DNA from: Escherichia phage PECP20
Sequence record: OQ873415.1
Length of the DNA: 64,000 nucleotides
Strand: one strand, 5' to 3'
Part shown: piece after piece, positions 9,196-19,255 of the stretch
Layout: each line of letters begins with the position of its first letter
Position numbering within the stretch: the stretch's first letter is position 1
Program-made: the position numbers and the translations under genes
The notes under the pieces: model-generated
Database searches by the model: none
What the model was told of the DNA's origin: nothing
What the model saw: only the letters and a program-made list of their open reading frames with translations

Positions 9196-10964
9196 AACCT
9201 GAAGAAATGAAATCCATGCGTAGAAATAAGGTCATTGCCGATAATAAACCACAAAAAGTAGCTGCAACAGCAGCTACCGATTCATTAGAAGCATTGAATG
9301 ACATTTCATCAAAACTAGACGATGTCCAAGCCGCGTCTGAACTCACATCACAAAGTGTAGAAGATAAAGGCAATGGAATTATTGAATCAATTGGAGACTT
9401 AAAGAATTCGACAGATAATACTGCTGAAGGCACAGAGCTTATCGCAGAAGTTATTGAAAAACAAACTGAAGTCTCTAAAAGTATAAACGAAGTTTCTAGT
9501 GCAATAAGCTCTAAGTTAGACCGATTAGCTACATTGTTAGAGCAAAAATTACAAGCATCTACCGCTATTCAAAATACAGGAGGCACCTCTCTTGAAGTAA
9601 TTGAGAACGCGATACCTGTTAAAGTGGTTGAGAATGAAACTTCTGATGAGTTGTTTAAAGCATTACCTACACCTGAAAAGATTGATAATAAGCCAGACGA
9701 AGATTTCTTCCCGGTCCCGGTTCAAGAAAGTGCTAATTCTACTTCCGATTCTAAAGGCGGTATTAGCTTTAAATTGAGCGATAAAATTGCAATGCTCACT
9801 AAAACAGTTCAAACCGGGTTTAATAAATCAATATCAATTTCAGACAGAATTGCTGGAATGCTTTTCAAATACACTATAACGGCTGCTATTGAAGCAGCAA
9901 AAATGGCCGCACTTATTCTTGGTATTGTTATCGGTATTGATTTATTGATAGTCCATTTCAAATATTGGACAGACAAGTTCACTTCTGCCTGGGATTTATT
10001 TGATGAAAACTTTACTAAATTCTCCGACGAAGCTAAAGAGTGGGGTAAATTCTTAAGTGATATATTCACTTCTATTGACTCGATAAAACAATTGTGGGAA
10101 GCTGGAGACTGGGGCGGTTTAACCGTTGCTATTGTCAAAGGTGTAGGAACAGCATTAATGAACTTAGGTGAACTAATTCAATTAGGAATGGCTAAACTCT
10201 CCGCGTCTATATTGCGTGCTATAGGTTTTGGTGATACCGCGGACGAAATAGAAGGACGTGCTTTGGAAGGATTCCAAGAAACTACTGGGAACAAATTAAA
10301 GAAAGAAGACCAAGAGAAAGTCGCTAAATATCAAATGAAGCGTGACGATGGGGAATTAGGAACCGTTTCTAAAGGTCTTGATATGTTACAACGCGGCAAA
10401 ACATTCGTTACTAACTGGGTTCGTGGTAATGACAATAAAGAAGAGTTTAGTACAAGTGATGAGCGCGCTGCGGAATCAGCAAAATTAAAAGAGTTACCTG
10501 AAGAGGAACGTAAAGAGGCGTACATAAAAGCGAATGAAACTCGTGCTGCACTGGTTAGATTTGAGGATTATATCGATAAAATCGATATGACTAATCCGGA
10601 AAATGCTAAAAACGTCGAGAAGTCTTATGCTGATTTAAGTAAACTTATTAAAGACCCTGAACTTAATAAAACTCCTGTTGTTAAAAAGGAAATAGATGCT
10701 AGATTTGAAAAGCTAAATAATAAAATGGCTGAAGCCAAAAAGGCTCAGACAACAGTTAAGCCTGAATCTTCGACTAAATCTCCGGAAGCAAAACAAGTTC
10801 AGTCAATAGAGAAAGGACGTGCTTCTGAATCTAAACAACAGCAACCGGTAGCGGCGATTAGTAACACAAATAATGTCGTCAAAAAGAATACCGTAGTCCA
10901 GAATATGACCCCTGTAACAAGTACAACGGCTCCTGGAATTTTCCATGCCACCGGTGTTAATTAA
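9192..10964 (+). CDS. 29: gp29 baseplate hub / tail-length determining protein
   Basis: 590 aa, same as T4 gp29; ATGA overlap with gene 28. Confidence 0.9.
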   Translation: MKPEEMKSMRRNKVIADNKPQKVAATAATDSLEALNDISSKLDDVQAASELTSQSVEDKGNGIIESIGDLKNSTDNTAEGTELIAEVIEKQTEVSKSINEVSSAISSKLDRLATLLEQKLQASTAIQNTGGTSLEVIENAIPVKVVENETSDELFKALPTPEKIDNKPDEDFFPVPVQESANSTSDSKGGISFKLSDKIAMLTKTVQTGFNKSISISDRIAGMLFKYTITAAIEAAKMAALILGIVIGIDLLIVHFKYWTDKFTSAWDLFDENFTKFSDEAKEWGKFLSDIFTSIDSIKQLWEAGDWGGLTVAIVKGVGTALMNLGELIQLGMAKLSASILRAIGFGDTADEIEGRALEGFQETTGNKLKKEDQEKVAKYQMKRDDGELGTVSKGLDMLQRGKTFVTNWVRGNDNKEEFSTSDERAAESAKLKELPEEERKEAYIKANETRAALVRFEDYIDKIDMTNPENAKNVEKSYADLSKLIKDPELNKTPVVKKEIDARFEKLNNKMAEAKKAQTTVKPESSTKSPEAKQVQSIEKGRASESKQQQPVAAISNTNNVVKKNTVVQNMTPVTSTTAPGIFHATGVN

Positions 10965-10972
10965 GGATTATT

Positions 10973-12082
10973 ATGATTAGTGTAAAAGAAATAGTAGTAG
11001 ATGCAAAGGATTTAAATAAAGCAATCCCAGTCTCAGAAAGTGCTGGGCAAAGCACCAAAACCGAAACAACTACTAAAACTTATGTTGCTCAATTTCCTAC
11101 AGGAAGAGCAGCCGGAAATGACTCCACAGGAGACTTCCAGGTAACAGACCTTTATAAGAACGGATTATTATTTACCGCGTACAATATGTCTGCACGCGAT
11201 TCAGGATCCCTAAGAAATTTACGTCCGGCGTATGCCAGGACTTCATCTAATGGTATCTTATCAGATTTAACTGATAACGTGAAAGATGCAGTGACTAAAT
11301 TCTCAAGCGGATTGCTTCCTGCCGGAGCTAATAAATCTACTATAAATAAAACTCCTGTTGCTAATATACTTTTGCCACGTTCCAAATCTGACGTTGATAC
11401 AACTTCACATCGTTTTAATGATATCGGTGATAGCCTTATTACTAAAGGTGGAGGTACTGCTACGGGTGTTTTAAGTAACATTGCTTCTACTGCAGTCTTT
11501 GGTGCATTAGATTCTATTACTCAAGGGCTTATGGCTGATAATAACGAACAGATTTATACGACTTCTCGTAGTATGTATGGCGGTGCTGAGAACCGTACTA
11601 AAGTCTTTACATGGGATTTAACTCCACGTTCGACTGAAGACCTTATGGCTATTATAAACATTTACCAGTATTTTAACTATTTCTCTTATGGTGAGACCGG
11701 TAAATCACAATATGCCCAAGAGATTAAAAGTTATTTAGACGAATGGTATCGTTCAACGTTTATTGAGCCTATGACACCAGACGATGCTGTAAAAAATAAG
11801 ACATTATTTGAAAAGATTACTGCGTCATTAACAAATGTATTAGTTGTAAGCAACCCTACGATTTGGATGGTTAAAAACTTTGGTTATACATCTAAATTTG
11901 ACGGATTAACTGACGTATTTGGTCCATGCCAAATTCAAAGCGTACGTTTTGATAAAACTCCAAATGGGCAATTTAATGGTCTTGCTGTTGCTCCTAACTT
12001 ACCGTCAACATTTACGTTAGAGATAACAATGCGAGAAATTATTACATTAAACCGTTCTTCACTTTATGCGGGGACTTTCTAA
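10973..12082 (+). CDS. 48: gp48 baseplate tail-tube junction protein
   Basis: 369 aa at the T4 gene 48 position. Confidence 0.88.
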   Translation: MISVKEIVVDAKDLNKAIPVSESAGQSTKTETTTKTYVAQFPTGRAAGNDSTGDFQVTDLYKNGLLFTAYNMSARDSGSLRNLRPAYARTSSNGILSDLTDNVKDAVTKFSSGLLPAGANKSTINKTPVANILLPRSKSDVDTTSHRFNDIGDSLITKGGGTATGVLSNIASTAVFGALDSITQGLMADNNEQIYTTSRSMYGGAENRTKVFTWDLTPRSTEDLMAIINIYQYFNYFSYGETGKSQYAQEIKSYLDEWYRSTFIEPMTPDDAVKNKTLFEKITASLTNVLVVSNPTIWMVKNFGYTSKFDGLTDVFGPCQIQSVRFDKTPNGQFNGLAVAPNLPSTFTLEITMREIITLNRSSLYAGTF

Positions 12083-13044
12083 TGTACTCTTTAGAAGAAT
12101 TTAATAACCAAGCTATAAATGCAGATTTCCAACGAAACAATATGTTTAGTTGTGTATTTGCTACCACACCGTCGACCAAATCGTCTTCACTAATTTCGAC
12201 AATTGGTAGTTTTGCTTATAATAACTTAGGGTTGGATTCTGATTGGTTAGGATTGACTCAAGGTGATATCAATCAGGGCGTAACAACCCTGATTACAGCA
12301 GGAACACAGAAATTAATTCGAAAATCGGGTATAAGTAAATATCTGATTGGAGCAATGAGCCAACGTACGGTACAAAGCTTGTTAGGTGAGTTCACGGTAG
12401 GAGCTTATCTGATAGACTTCTTCAATATGGCATATAATAATACAGGTTTAATGATTTATTCTGTAAAAATGCCTGAGAACCGATTATCGTATGAAACAGA
12501 TTTCAACTATAACTCCCCGAACATCCGAATTACCGGCCGTGAAATGGACCCGTTAGTAATAAGCTTTAGAATGGATTCCGAAGCATCTAACTTTAGAGCA
12601 ATGCAAGACTGGGTAAACTCAGTCCAAGACCCTGTAACAGGTCTTCGTGCTTTACCACAAGACGTCGAAGCAGATATTCAGGTTAATTTACATGCACGAA
12701 ATGGTTTACCACATACCGCCGTCATGTTCACTGGATGTATTCCTGTTAGTGTCTCTTCTCCTGAGTTAACGTATGATGGTGATAATCAGATAACAGTTTT
12801 TGACGTAACATTTGCTTATCGCGTTATGCAATCAGGTGCTGTAAATAGACAGGCCGCTTTAGAATGGCTGGAATCAGGACTTATTAGTAGTGTTTCAGGA
12901 ATGTTTGGGAATAATCAAAATGATTCTGGGCTAGGAAGTGCAGTATCAAGACTTTCTAGATTAGGTGGGACTGCTGGAGGTGTGTCTAATATAAACACAA
13001 TGACAGGTATGGTGAATTCTACATCAAGAGTTTTAGGTCTATAA
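12082..13044 (+). CDS. 54: gp54 baseplate tail-tube initiator
   Basis: 320 aa, same as T4 gp54; overlaps the gene 48 stop. Confidence 0.88.
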   Translation: MYSLEEFNNQAINADFQRNNMFSCVFATTPSTKSSSLISTIGSFAYNNLGLDSDWLGLTQGDINQGVTTLITAGTQKLIRKSGISKYLIGAMSQRTVQSLLGEFTVGAYLIDFFNMAYNNTGLMIYSVKMPENRLSYETDFNYNSPNIRITGREMDPLVISFRMDSEASNFRAMQDWVNSVQDPVTGLRALPQDVEADIQVNLHARNGLPHTAVMFTGCIPVSVSSPELTYDGDNQITVFDVTFAYRVMQSGAVNRQAALEWLESGLISSVSGMFGNNQNDSGLGSAVSRLSRLGGTAGGVSNINTMTGMVNSTSRVLGL

Positions 13045-13072
13045 GAAAAAGGGAGACGTTGTCTCCCTTTAG
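13045..13072. terminator. bidirectional terminator between convergent gene 54 and the alt-downstream ORF
   Basis: GGGAGACGTTGTCTCCC hairpin (13051-13067) flanked by A-run upstream and T-run downstream. Confidence 0.6.
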
Positions 13073-13076
13073 GGGT

Positions 13077-13370
13077 TTATTTACGGAATGAAAGAAATGC
13101 TGGTGCTCGGAATGGAGTATCATCTTTAGAGTATTTAACTAATACGACCATTGGTACCTCTGTTTCTAAATGACCTGTCAGTACACCGATAAAAATTTGA
13201 TCAGTGTGTTCAGGGTCACGAAAGTTTTTAAGAGGTTCCATAGCAATATGGAATGCACCTGGGAATACTCGATTCAATTCGTCAATCACAGCTTCGTTAA
13301 AAACATCATCCGCTGGGATAGCATCTTCAACTACTAGTTCTTGACCATTAAAGCGAAGCATAGATTTCAT
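13077..13370 (-). CDS. hypothetical protein (97 aa), downstream of alt
   Basis: ORF from ATG at 13370 with SD GAGGAAA, preceded by an early promoter cassette; the track ORF start at 13442 lies inside the promoter. Confidence 0.5.
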   Translation of the reverse strand: MKSMLRFNGQELVVEDAIPADDVFNEAVIDELNRVFPGAFHIAMEPLKNFRDPEHTDQIFIGVLTGHLETEVPMVVLVKYSKDDTPFRAPAFLSFRK

Positions 13371-13399
13371 AACGTTTTCCTCATGTTGTTGATAGGATG

Positions 13400-13429
13400 A
13401 TAGTATCACACATCCATGTGCTTGTAAAC
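13400..13429 (-). promoter_or_regulatory. T4-type early promoter cassette
   Basis: Minus strand GTTTAC (plus 13424-13429), 18 nt, TACTAT (plus 13400-13405), then CAACAACATGAGGAAA RBS block shared with other cassettes. Confidence 0.5.
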
Positions 13430-15516
13430 TATCCTTGAACAAATTTAAACGGAATCGATTCTAAATCCATTAAAGATGCTAACAATTTCAAACCTTTAGG
13501 TGCACTAGTTTTTTCTACAAATGAAGAGAATGATACCGGCTCATCCGATTCGATTTCACCCGTCATAGCAACCACCTCGCCTGTTTCCATGAGAACATCA
13601 CCATCGTAAATGACCGCTTCATCCAACTGGTCTGAGGACATGACTTCAGCTTGAATAAATTTAAGGTTGGATTCTAAACCTGCACCAGTGTCAGATGACG
13701 CATCTGTAATTTTATTTATCTGCAAGAGAATGCCTCTAGGCAAAATAATTTCTTGCTCATTAGGGTGATTACTCAACTGTCCTGGATAAATCACGTTAAC
13801 TTTATGGGCGCCATCAATAGCCCATCCAACGTTAACACGGATTTGTTCTGGTGCATGCATAGCTGTTCTTACTTGACTAGGAGAAATAGTAACACCTTCG
13901 TCATTATTGTCAATGTTAAGCTCTTTGCGAACTTCTTCAGGAGCAAGTCCAAGGGCAACGTTCTCTTTAAACCCGCCGAAAATAATAGGAGCTAGTGAAG
14001 TAGAAACATAGTTTCTGAAGTAGAATACCTTATTTTTAACCATTGCTTCGTAAATAGGCATTCTGATAGACTGAGCTCTATACAACGTTAGTCCTTCAGG
14101 TAAACGGTCTCCATTTAAAAACGCCGAATCAAGACCATCAATAGCGCGTTTAACTTCATCTTCATCTGCAACATCATAAAAATCCGGTTTATAACGACCT
14201 AACAACATATTATTGATATCGGTATATGCAGAAGAGGCATATTCACGAATAGCTCGTTTTTCAGCAACAGAGTATTGTTTAGGGTCCCGATTCATTGTTA
14301 TATTAAAGGTGCCTCTGGCCGATTCTCGTGCATAAGTATACATCACATTAGACAAGAACGCTGATTTACGTTGTTTCCAAGTTTTTTCAGATACTTCAGC
14401 TAAAACGTCATCAGCCAGTTGGAAATTATCTCGTCTAAAATCTTCAAACCATTCGTCTCTAATAGAGTCTGCAATTTCGTTTGCAGCTTCAACAAAAGCA
14501 GCTAATGCTTTAACAGATGTTGTTTTTTCAGTTTTAATTTTCTTAGCAAACTTTTCTAAAGTCGGCTTAATAACACTACCATAAGAAACTTCATCAGCAA
14601 ATCTAAAGGATTCATCAATACGATTATAAATCTTATTTTCGATATCAGCAACTAGGGTGCCTTTTGCTGTAGACGATGCTTGGGCTAGTACGATTTCATA
14701 TGCTTCAGGAAGTAATTCAGCTGTAGCTGGGCCACTAACTTCTTTAGCAGAATTTTCGTATTTCTGGAATAGCTCACCTTCTTGGCGGTCAGCTTCTAAA
14801 GATTGACTTGCGGCAATAGCGCGACGAGAAATTTTAGTACGAGCAATAACAGGCTTATCTTTACGTTTTTCTTCTACAGCAGCAATAGAACCAGCGATAG
14901 CCGTTTCTTTGGTGACCTTTTCGCCAGTCTTTTTACTCACATAAACTTCACCAACATCAGAATCTACTTTCGTGTACAACTCTGTGTTAATGTTAGGGAT
15001 GCCTTTAATATCTTCAATGTTGGCATTTTTACGAACCATCATCACATATGTGTGTTTACCTGTGAATTGATACATTGCAGACAATACTTTAAAACGACCA
15101 CCAGTTTTAGTAGAAACTAAACGAGCAAGAAGAGTTTGAAGTTGTTGTCCACGTCCTTTCAATTTCTTGGTAGGAAATCGGAACAGAACTGCATCCATAC
15201 GAAGAGCTTTAACCTGTTCATACACTGTATTGAAAATGGTGTTGATTGCATCAATAGGAGCAGGACCAAGGCCATTTTTCAATTCAGCGAGATTACCCTT
15301 TTCAGACAGACTCATAATAACGACATGAGCGTATTTGTCACCAAGTTTAACTTGTTTTACAGCATCGCCTTCGGAAAGGTAAGAGAATAAACGGACTACG
15401 ATGTTTGTATCGATATCACCAATTTTCCAGACTTGTGGAACTTTAGCTTTAGGGTTCAAATTGACGACAGGAAGACTGCCTTCAGATTCAAACACTTCAT
15501 TTAATTGTTCAGACAT
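13429..15516 (-). CDS. alt: Alt, ADP-ribosyltransferase packaged in virions
   Basis: 695 aa at the T4 alt position between gene 54 and gene 30; T4 Alt is 682 aa. Confidence 0.85.
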   Translation of the reverse strand: MSEQLNEVFESEGSLPVVNLNPKAKVPQVWKIGDIDTNIVVRLFSYLSEGDAVKQVKLGDKYAHVVIMSLSEKGNLAELKNGLGPAPIDAINTIFNTVYEQVKALRMDAVLFRFPTKKLKGRGQQLQTLLARLVSTKTGGRFKVLSAMYQFTGKHTYVMMVRKNANIEDIKGIPNINTELYTKVDSDVGEVYVSKKTGEKVTKETAIAGSIAAVEEKRKDKPVIARTKISRRAIAASQSLEADRQEGELFQKYENSAKEVSGPATAELLPEAYEIVLAQASSTAKGTLVADIENKIYNRIDESFRFADEVSYGSVIKPTLEKFAKKIKTEKTTSVKALAAFVEAANEIADSIRDEWFEDFRRDNFQLADDVLAEVSEKTWKQRKSAFLSNVMYTYARESARGTFNITMNRDPKQYSVAEKRAIREYASSAYTDINNMLLGRYKPDFYDVADEDEVKRAIDGLDSAFLNGDRLPEGLTLYRAQSIRMPIYEAMVKNKVFYFRNYVSTSLAPIIFGGFKENVALGLAPEEVRKELNIDNNDEGVTISPSQVRTAMHAPEQIRVNVGWAIDGAHKVNVIYPGQLSNHPNEQEIILPRGILLQINKITDASSDTGAGLESNLKFIQAEVMSSDQLDEAVIYDGDVLMETGEVVAMTGEIESDEPVSFSSFVEKTSAPKGLKLLASLMDLESIPFKFVQG

Positions 15517-15550
15517 AGTGTTTTCCTTTTAGTAATAATTTATATTTATG

Positions 15551-15572
15551 CCAAAAAGAGCCCGAAGGCTCT
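15551..15572 (-). terminator. rho-independent terminator upstream of alt
   Basis: GAGCCTTCGGGCTC hairpin followed by TTTTT on the minus strand. Confidence 0.55.
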
Positions 15573-15760
15573 TAATCCACAATCGGGAGCAAAGTACGAT
15601 AAACTTCAAAATTAGGGCCTTTTTCGTACTTATCAAAATTGTCCATAAAAATATTATAGGAATCGTTATTAGGAAAATCTAATACAATTTGGGAACAAGA
15701 GGTGGAAACATCACCGCCATCTTTATTAGCGACAACTACTGTTTCTAAATAAGCTTTCAT
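15572..15760 (-). CDS. hypothetical protein (62 aa)
   Basis: ATG at 15760 overlapping the ligase stop (TAATG); the track start at 15781 is GTG. Confidence 0.45.
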   Translation of the reverse strand: MKAYLETVVVANKDGGDVSTSCSQIVLDFPNNDSYNIFMDNFDKYEKGPNFEVYRTLLPIVD

Positions 15761-17253
15761 TATAAACCTGTCTGGGACCACGGTCCAAATACGTCTTCAA
15801 ATGAATCCGCTTCTGTTTTATCAAAACGGAACCCTTTAATAATTGGAAGGAAAATACCTACAGTACCTTCACGGCCTTTAGAATGAACCCAACCATTACA
15901 TTCGCAATCAGCAATACGTCCAATCAATTTACCTTCACGAGCTTCAGCCATTAATCGTTCACGGTCTAAATCATGACGCTCATCTAAAGGAATAAGAATC
16001 TTTACACCATCAACTGTTTTATGAGTTGTATCTTTAAACCCTGAACCACAATCGGTTGTAATACGACGACAACGTGATACGAGTTCGACACCACCTAATT
16101 TGTTAGGGTCTTTAGAGTGTTCATAGTATCCTACAACTTCTAAAGCGATATCAATAACTTCTTTAAATTTAATTAGGTTCTTAGAGCGTTTGTTTTCCCA
16201 ATATGAATCACGGTTTTTAAGGATAATACCTTCAAGACCTTGGTCAACATATTTTTTATAAACCACTTTAGCTTCGTCAAGATTACGAACTAACTGATTT
16301 TCAATTGGCTCAATTCGCTTAAAGCCTTCAGCCATATTTTCAAGAGCAGCAAAACGAACATCGTATTTCTGACCTTTAATTTTGCCATCAGAATAGACTT
16401 CATCTAAAGGAACATAGTCCCAGGCTTGAAGAACCATACCTTCCGCTTCTTTAGGAGAAATAGTCCCTTGAAGAGATTTATTTGCTAAACCGTTTGAAGT
16501 GCTACGGTCTGCAACTTGTACTTCTTCGGATTCTTCATTATCGCCAAATAAGAACGACAGGTCATTTCCTGAGCTCACAGCCTTTTTAATATCAAATGAA
16601 TGATAAACTAATTCGCCGTCGATTAAAACCCCATTAGGGTGTCTTTCACGGGCTTCTTTAGTCATTTCCATTAGTTCATCCGCTAATAGAGTAAGACCAT
16701 GGTATTCGTTACCAGCACGAGAAAAGAATTGAACACCATCATCACGAACTTCAGCGAAACAACGAGCACCATCTGCTTTTAATTGGGCGAATGCCGGCCA
16801 TTTAATATTTTTAGTAATCAATTTCTCATCATATGCAGATGCTAACATCTGTGGTTGCAATTGAATAAGTCCAGGCCACACCTTATTCGCGATAGACACT
16901 GAAGCACCTACTTCAAGGTCGCGCATCATTACACGACGAAGGACTTCTACATCATCAGGTTTACCGTCAGCGATATAACCCATGAGCTCTTTAATTGCAG
17001 CATTACCAGTGAGTTTACGAGTGGCTAATGTGAACTCAATAAAATCCAACATGTCATCTAATTCAAGAAGACCATACGCTTGAGACCTTTCACCTGGCCC
17101 AGGCCATTTCTTAATATAATACTGGATACCACGTGCATACGTTAAACGATACACACGTTCAAGTAATTTGTTGTCCTTATTTTTCTTAAGGATTTCCTGT
17201 TTTGTTTTAGTAGAACCGATCGCAGCTATTTGGTTTAAAATATCTAAAATCAT
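15760..17253 (-). CDS. 30: DNA ligase (ATP-dependent)
   Basis: 497 aa; MILDILNQIAAIGSTKTKQEIL...FAQLKADGARCFAEV (KxDG adenylation motif), closely T4 gp30-like. Confidence 0.95.
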   Translation of the reverse strand: MILDILNQIAAIGSTKTKQEILKKNKDNKLLERVYRLTYARGIQYYIKKWPGPGERSQAYGLLELDDMLDFIEFTLATRKLTGNAAIKELMGYIADGKPDDVEVLRRVMMRDLEVGASVSIANKVWPGLIQLQPQMLASAYDEKLITKNIKWPAFAQLKADGARCFAEVRDDGVQFFSRAGNEYHGLTLLADELMEMTKEARERHPNGVLIDGELVYHSFDIKKAVSSGNDLSFLFGDNEESEEVQVADRSTSNGLANKSLQGTISPKEAEGMVLQAWDYVPLDEVYSDGKIKGQKYDVRFAALENMAEGFKRIEPIENQLVRNLDEAKVVYKKYVDQGLEGIILKNRDSYWENKRSKNLIKFKEVIDIALEVVGYYEHSKDPNKLGGVELVSRCRRITTDCGSGFKDTTHKTVDGVKILIPLDERHDLDRERLMAEAREGKLIGRIADCECNGWVHSKGREGTVGIFLPIIKGFRFDKTEADSFEDVFGPWSQTGL

Positions 17254-17519
17254 TTGATATCCTCGATTTTGGTTACGGTTCTATTATAAGCCACTTCATC
17301 TAGAAGCGATTTCATCGTTTTCTGATAAGTGGTAATCCATTTACCGAGTCCTTCAACATAATATTCTGAAATGTAGATGAACCCTTGTTCAACACACTCT
17401 TTAAATATTTCTGCGTCTTTTACTGAACGAAACACCGGCCAGTCTCGAAAGAACATGTTAACATGGCCGTAGTCACGTGTGGTGTTTTTGCCATCTGTAA
17501 TATCATGAACTACAAACAT
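17250..17519 (-). CDS. hypothetical protein, 30.1 position (89 aa)
   Basis: ORF coupled (ATGA) to ligase. Confidence 0.6.
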   Translation of the reverse strand: MFVVHDITDGKNTTRDYGHVNMFFRDWPVFRSVKDAEIFKECVEQGFIYISEYYVEGLGKWITTYQKTMKSLLDEVAYNRTVTKIEDIK

Positions 17520-17528
17520 AATTAGCCC

Positions 17529-18353
17529 TTAACAATTTATAGACCAAGTCCATTTAGACGAATCTAAAGGAAAGTTTTGAATCGTCCACCATGGCTGCAT
17601 ATCGGTTGGTCCTGGGGTTCGCCAGGTATATGGAGTACGTGTTGTCGAGGGGCCACCAATTTGATTAGGCCATGCACCTGGACTTGTTGCACCAGATTCT
17701 TTAAGCAAATCGGCCAATCGTTTTAAAAGGTCTTCACGATCTGAATTTGAATTATGCTCTGGCGGAACCAATCGAGATTCAATATCATCCCACGTGTGTA
17801 CACGTTGTGCAGTGCGAGGAATATCATCACGTTCACCACGAGCCAACCAATAAATCGGTACATTAAGAATTTCTGCCGCATGGTCACAGTGATGAGCTAA
17901 ATCGTCAACGTAACAAATCACGTTATATTTTGTTTTAGCTAGTTCGAATAATTGTTCCTTTGAAGAATCATGACCACACATCATTACTTCAGAGAAAGCG
18001 CCTGGGAACAAAGCATTCAAATTAAATTGTCTATTCAATCGAGCATCAATTGAATCACCTAGCGCCGTCACGGCTACAAAATTATAGTCTTCTTTTAGTT
18101 TATTGATAACTCGAAGAGCATCTGAATAAGGCGCTAAGTAACGAATAAAATCAGAGCTATTATATTTTTCTATTAATTGTTTACCAAGGTTATCGTCGGT
18201 ATTGAATAGTTTACCAGGAGAAATAAATTTTTCGTCCTGAATCATTTTTAAAATATGTTCTAATGGAAGATTATATTTTTGGGCAAAATAAGGAAGTCCG
18301 GATTGCCAACTTAAACATACACCATCAATATCAGTCAAAATAGTAGGCTTCAT
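17529..18353 (-). CDS. HAD-superfamily-like hydrolase, 30.2 position (274 aa), with Trp/Pro-rich C-terminal tail
   Basis: N-terminal LTDIDGV (DxDG nucleophile motif of HAD phosphatases); C-terminal 60 aa rich in W, P and T. Confidence 0.6.
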   Translation of the reverse strand: MKPTILTDIDGVCLSWQSGLPYFAQKYNLPLEHILKMIQDEKFISPGKLFNTDDNLGKQLIEKYNSSDFIRYLAPYSDALRVINKLKEDYNFVAVTALGDSIDARLNRQFNLNALFPGAFSEVMMCGHDSSKEQLFELAKTKYNVICYVDDLAHHCDHAAEILNVPIYWLARGERDDIPRTAQRVHTWDDIESRLVPPEHNSNSDREDLLKRLADLLKESGATSPGAWPNQIGGPSTTRTPYTWRTPGPTDMQPWWTIQNFPLDSSKWTWSINC

Positions 18354-18817
18354 AAAGAGTCTCTTAATAGGTTTAACACATCAATAAATTCAGCTTCAGT
18401 TAGTATTGTATCATCTTTTGTTAGGTGGCTAGCCATGCTGTGCTTCAAAATTTTTCCTTTAGAGGCTTGTAAGGCATCACGAAACCCCTTATTTTGGATC
18501 GCGGCTTCAAAATATGCATTTGTGTATAATTCTTTCCACGCTTCGGAGTATCTTGAAAACGGAACTCCTAACCAGAAGAGAGTTCCACGGTCCTGAGCTC
18601 TTGCATAAGACCTTCCAGCTTGCTGTGCAGCCAATCCAGACAACCCAAATATACGTCTTTGTTGTTCAACATTTTTCACCTTACATCCTTGGAGAAATCC
18701 TTCAAGACCTCCGAATTGAATACCATCCATAACAAAAGGCCATTGAGCAAAGTTACTTAATGCACATGACGGCCACTTGAAATTACTTCTTATTTCTAAT
18801 TCAGACATCTTTAACAC
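18350..18817 (-). CDS. hypothetical protein, 30.3 position (155 aa)
   Basis: ORF coupled to the downstream gene. Confidence 0.6.
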   Translation of the reverse strand: MLKMSELEIRSNFKWPSCALSNFAQWPFVMDGIQFGGLEGFLQGCKVKNVEQQRRIFGLSGLAAQQAGRSYARAQDRGTLFWLGVPFSRYSEAWKELYTNAYFEAAIQNKGFRDALQASKGKILKHSMASHLTKDDTILTEAEFIDVLNLLRDSL

Positions 18818-19013
18818 TTATAATTTCAACATCAGCCCAATGGCCGTAACTAGGCAGACGGTCTTCAATAGATAAACCACCGTCATTTTTAAGCATTTTA
18901 ATTGTCTTGATAAATGGTTCATCCTGTGGATGAATAGGCGAGCAGTCAGTTACACGATAAGTAACTTCGATCATTTCTGTACCAAACAATTTCTGGATTA
19001 GTTTATTCAACAT
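18801..19013 (-). CDS. hypothetical protein (70 aa)
   Basis: ORF in the 30.x cluster. Confidence 0.45.
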   Translation of the reverse strand: MLNKLIQKLFGTEMIEVTYRVTDCSPIHPQDEPFIKTIKMLKNDGGLSIEDRLPSYGHWADVEIISVKDV

Positions 19014-19200
19014 GTTTCAACCCTTTAATAGGAGATAACTCTTTACCCATACGTATGTCAGAAGTCCCATCAACCCATTGAACAGCATACGCTTCATTGA
19101 TAATTACGGCGGCGGTTTTAAATTCATGGAGAACTTTAAAAATCATCCCAGGGATTCCAACACCTTTTAATTGGACTGTTTGTGCTATTAAAAATTTCAT
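19003..19200 (-). CDS. hypothetical protein (65 aa)
   Basis: ORF directly downstream of an early promoter cassette. Confidence 0.45.
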   Translation of the reverse strand: MKFLIAQTVQLKGVGIPGMIFKVLHEFKTAAVIINEAYAVQWVDGTSDIRMGKELSPIKGLKHVE

Positions 19201-19224
19201 ATTTTTCCACTTGCTAAAGAAATC

Positions 19225-19255
19225 ATTATACTCTAATCCGTCCTTGGATGTAAAC
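19225..19255 (-). promoter_or_regulatory. sigma70-type early promoter
   Basis: Minus strand GTTTACA (plus 19250-19255), 18 nt, TATAAT (plus 19225-19230). Confidence 0.5.

Noticed and set aside
9809-10138. Minus-strand ORFs inside genes 29, 34, 37 and others (for example 9809-10138, 40302-40544, 46532-46840)
   Set aside because: Embedded antisense within long, well-supported late structural genes; no translation signals
15517-15550. TATAAATT-like sequence upstream of alt as a possible late promoter
   Set aside because: One mismatch from the strict T4 late consensus TATAAATA; left uncalled, although alt is late-expressed in T4
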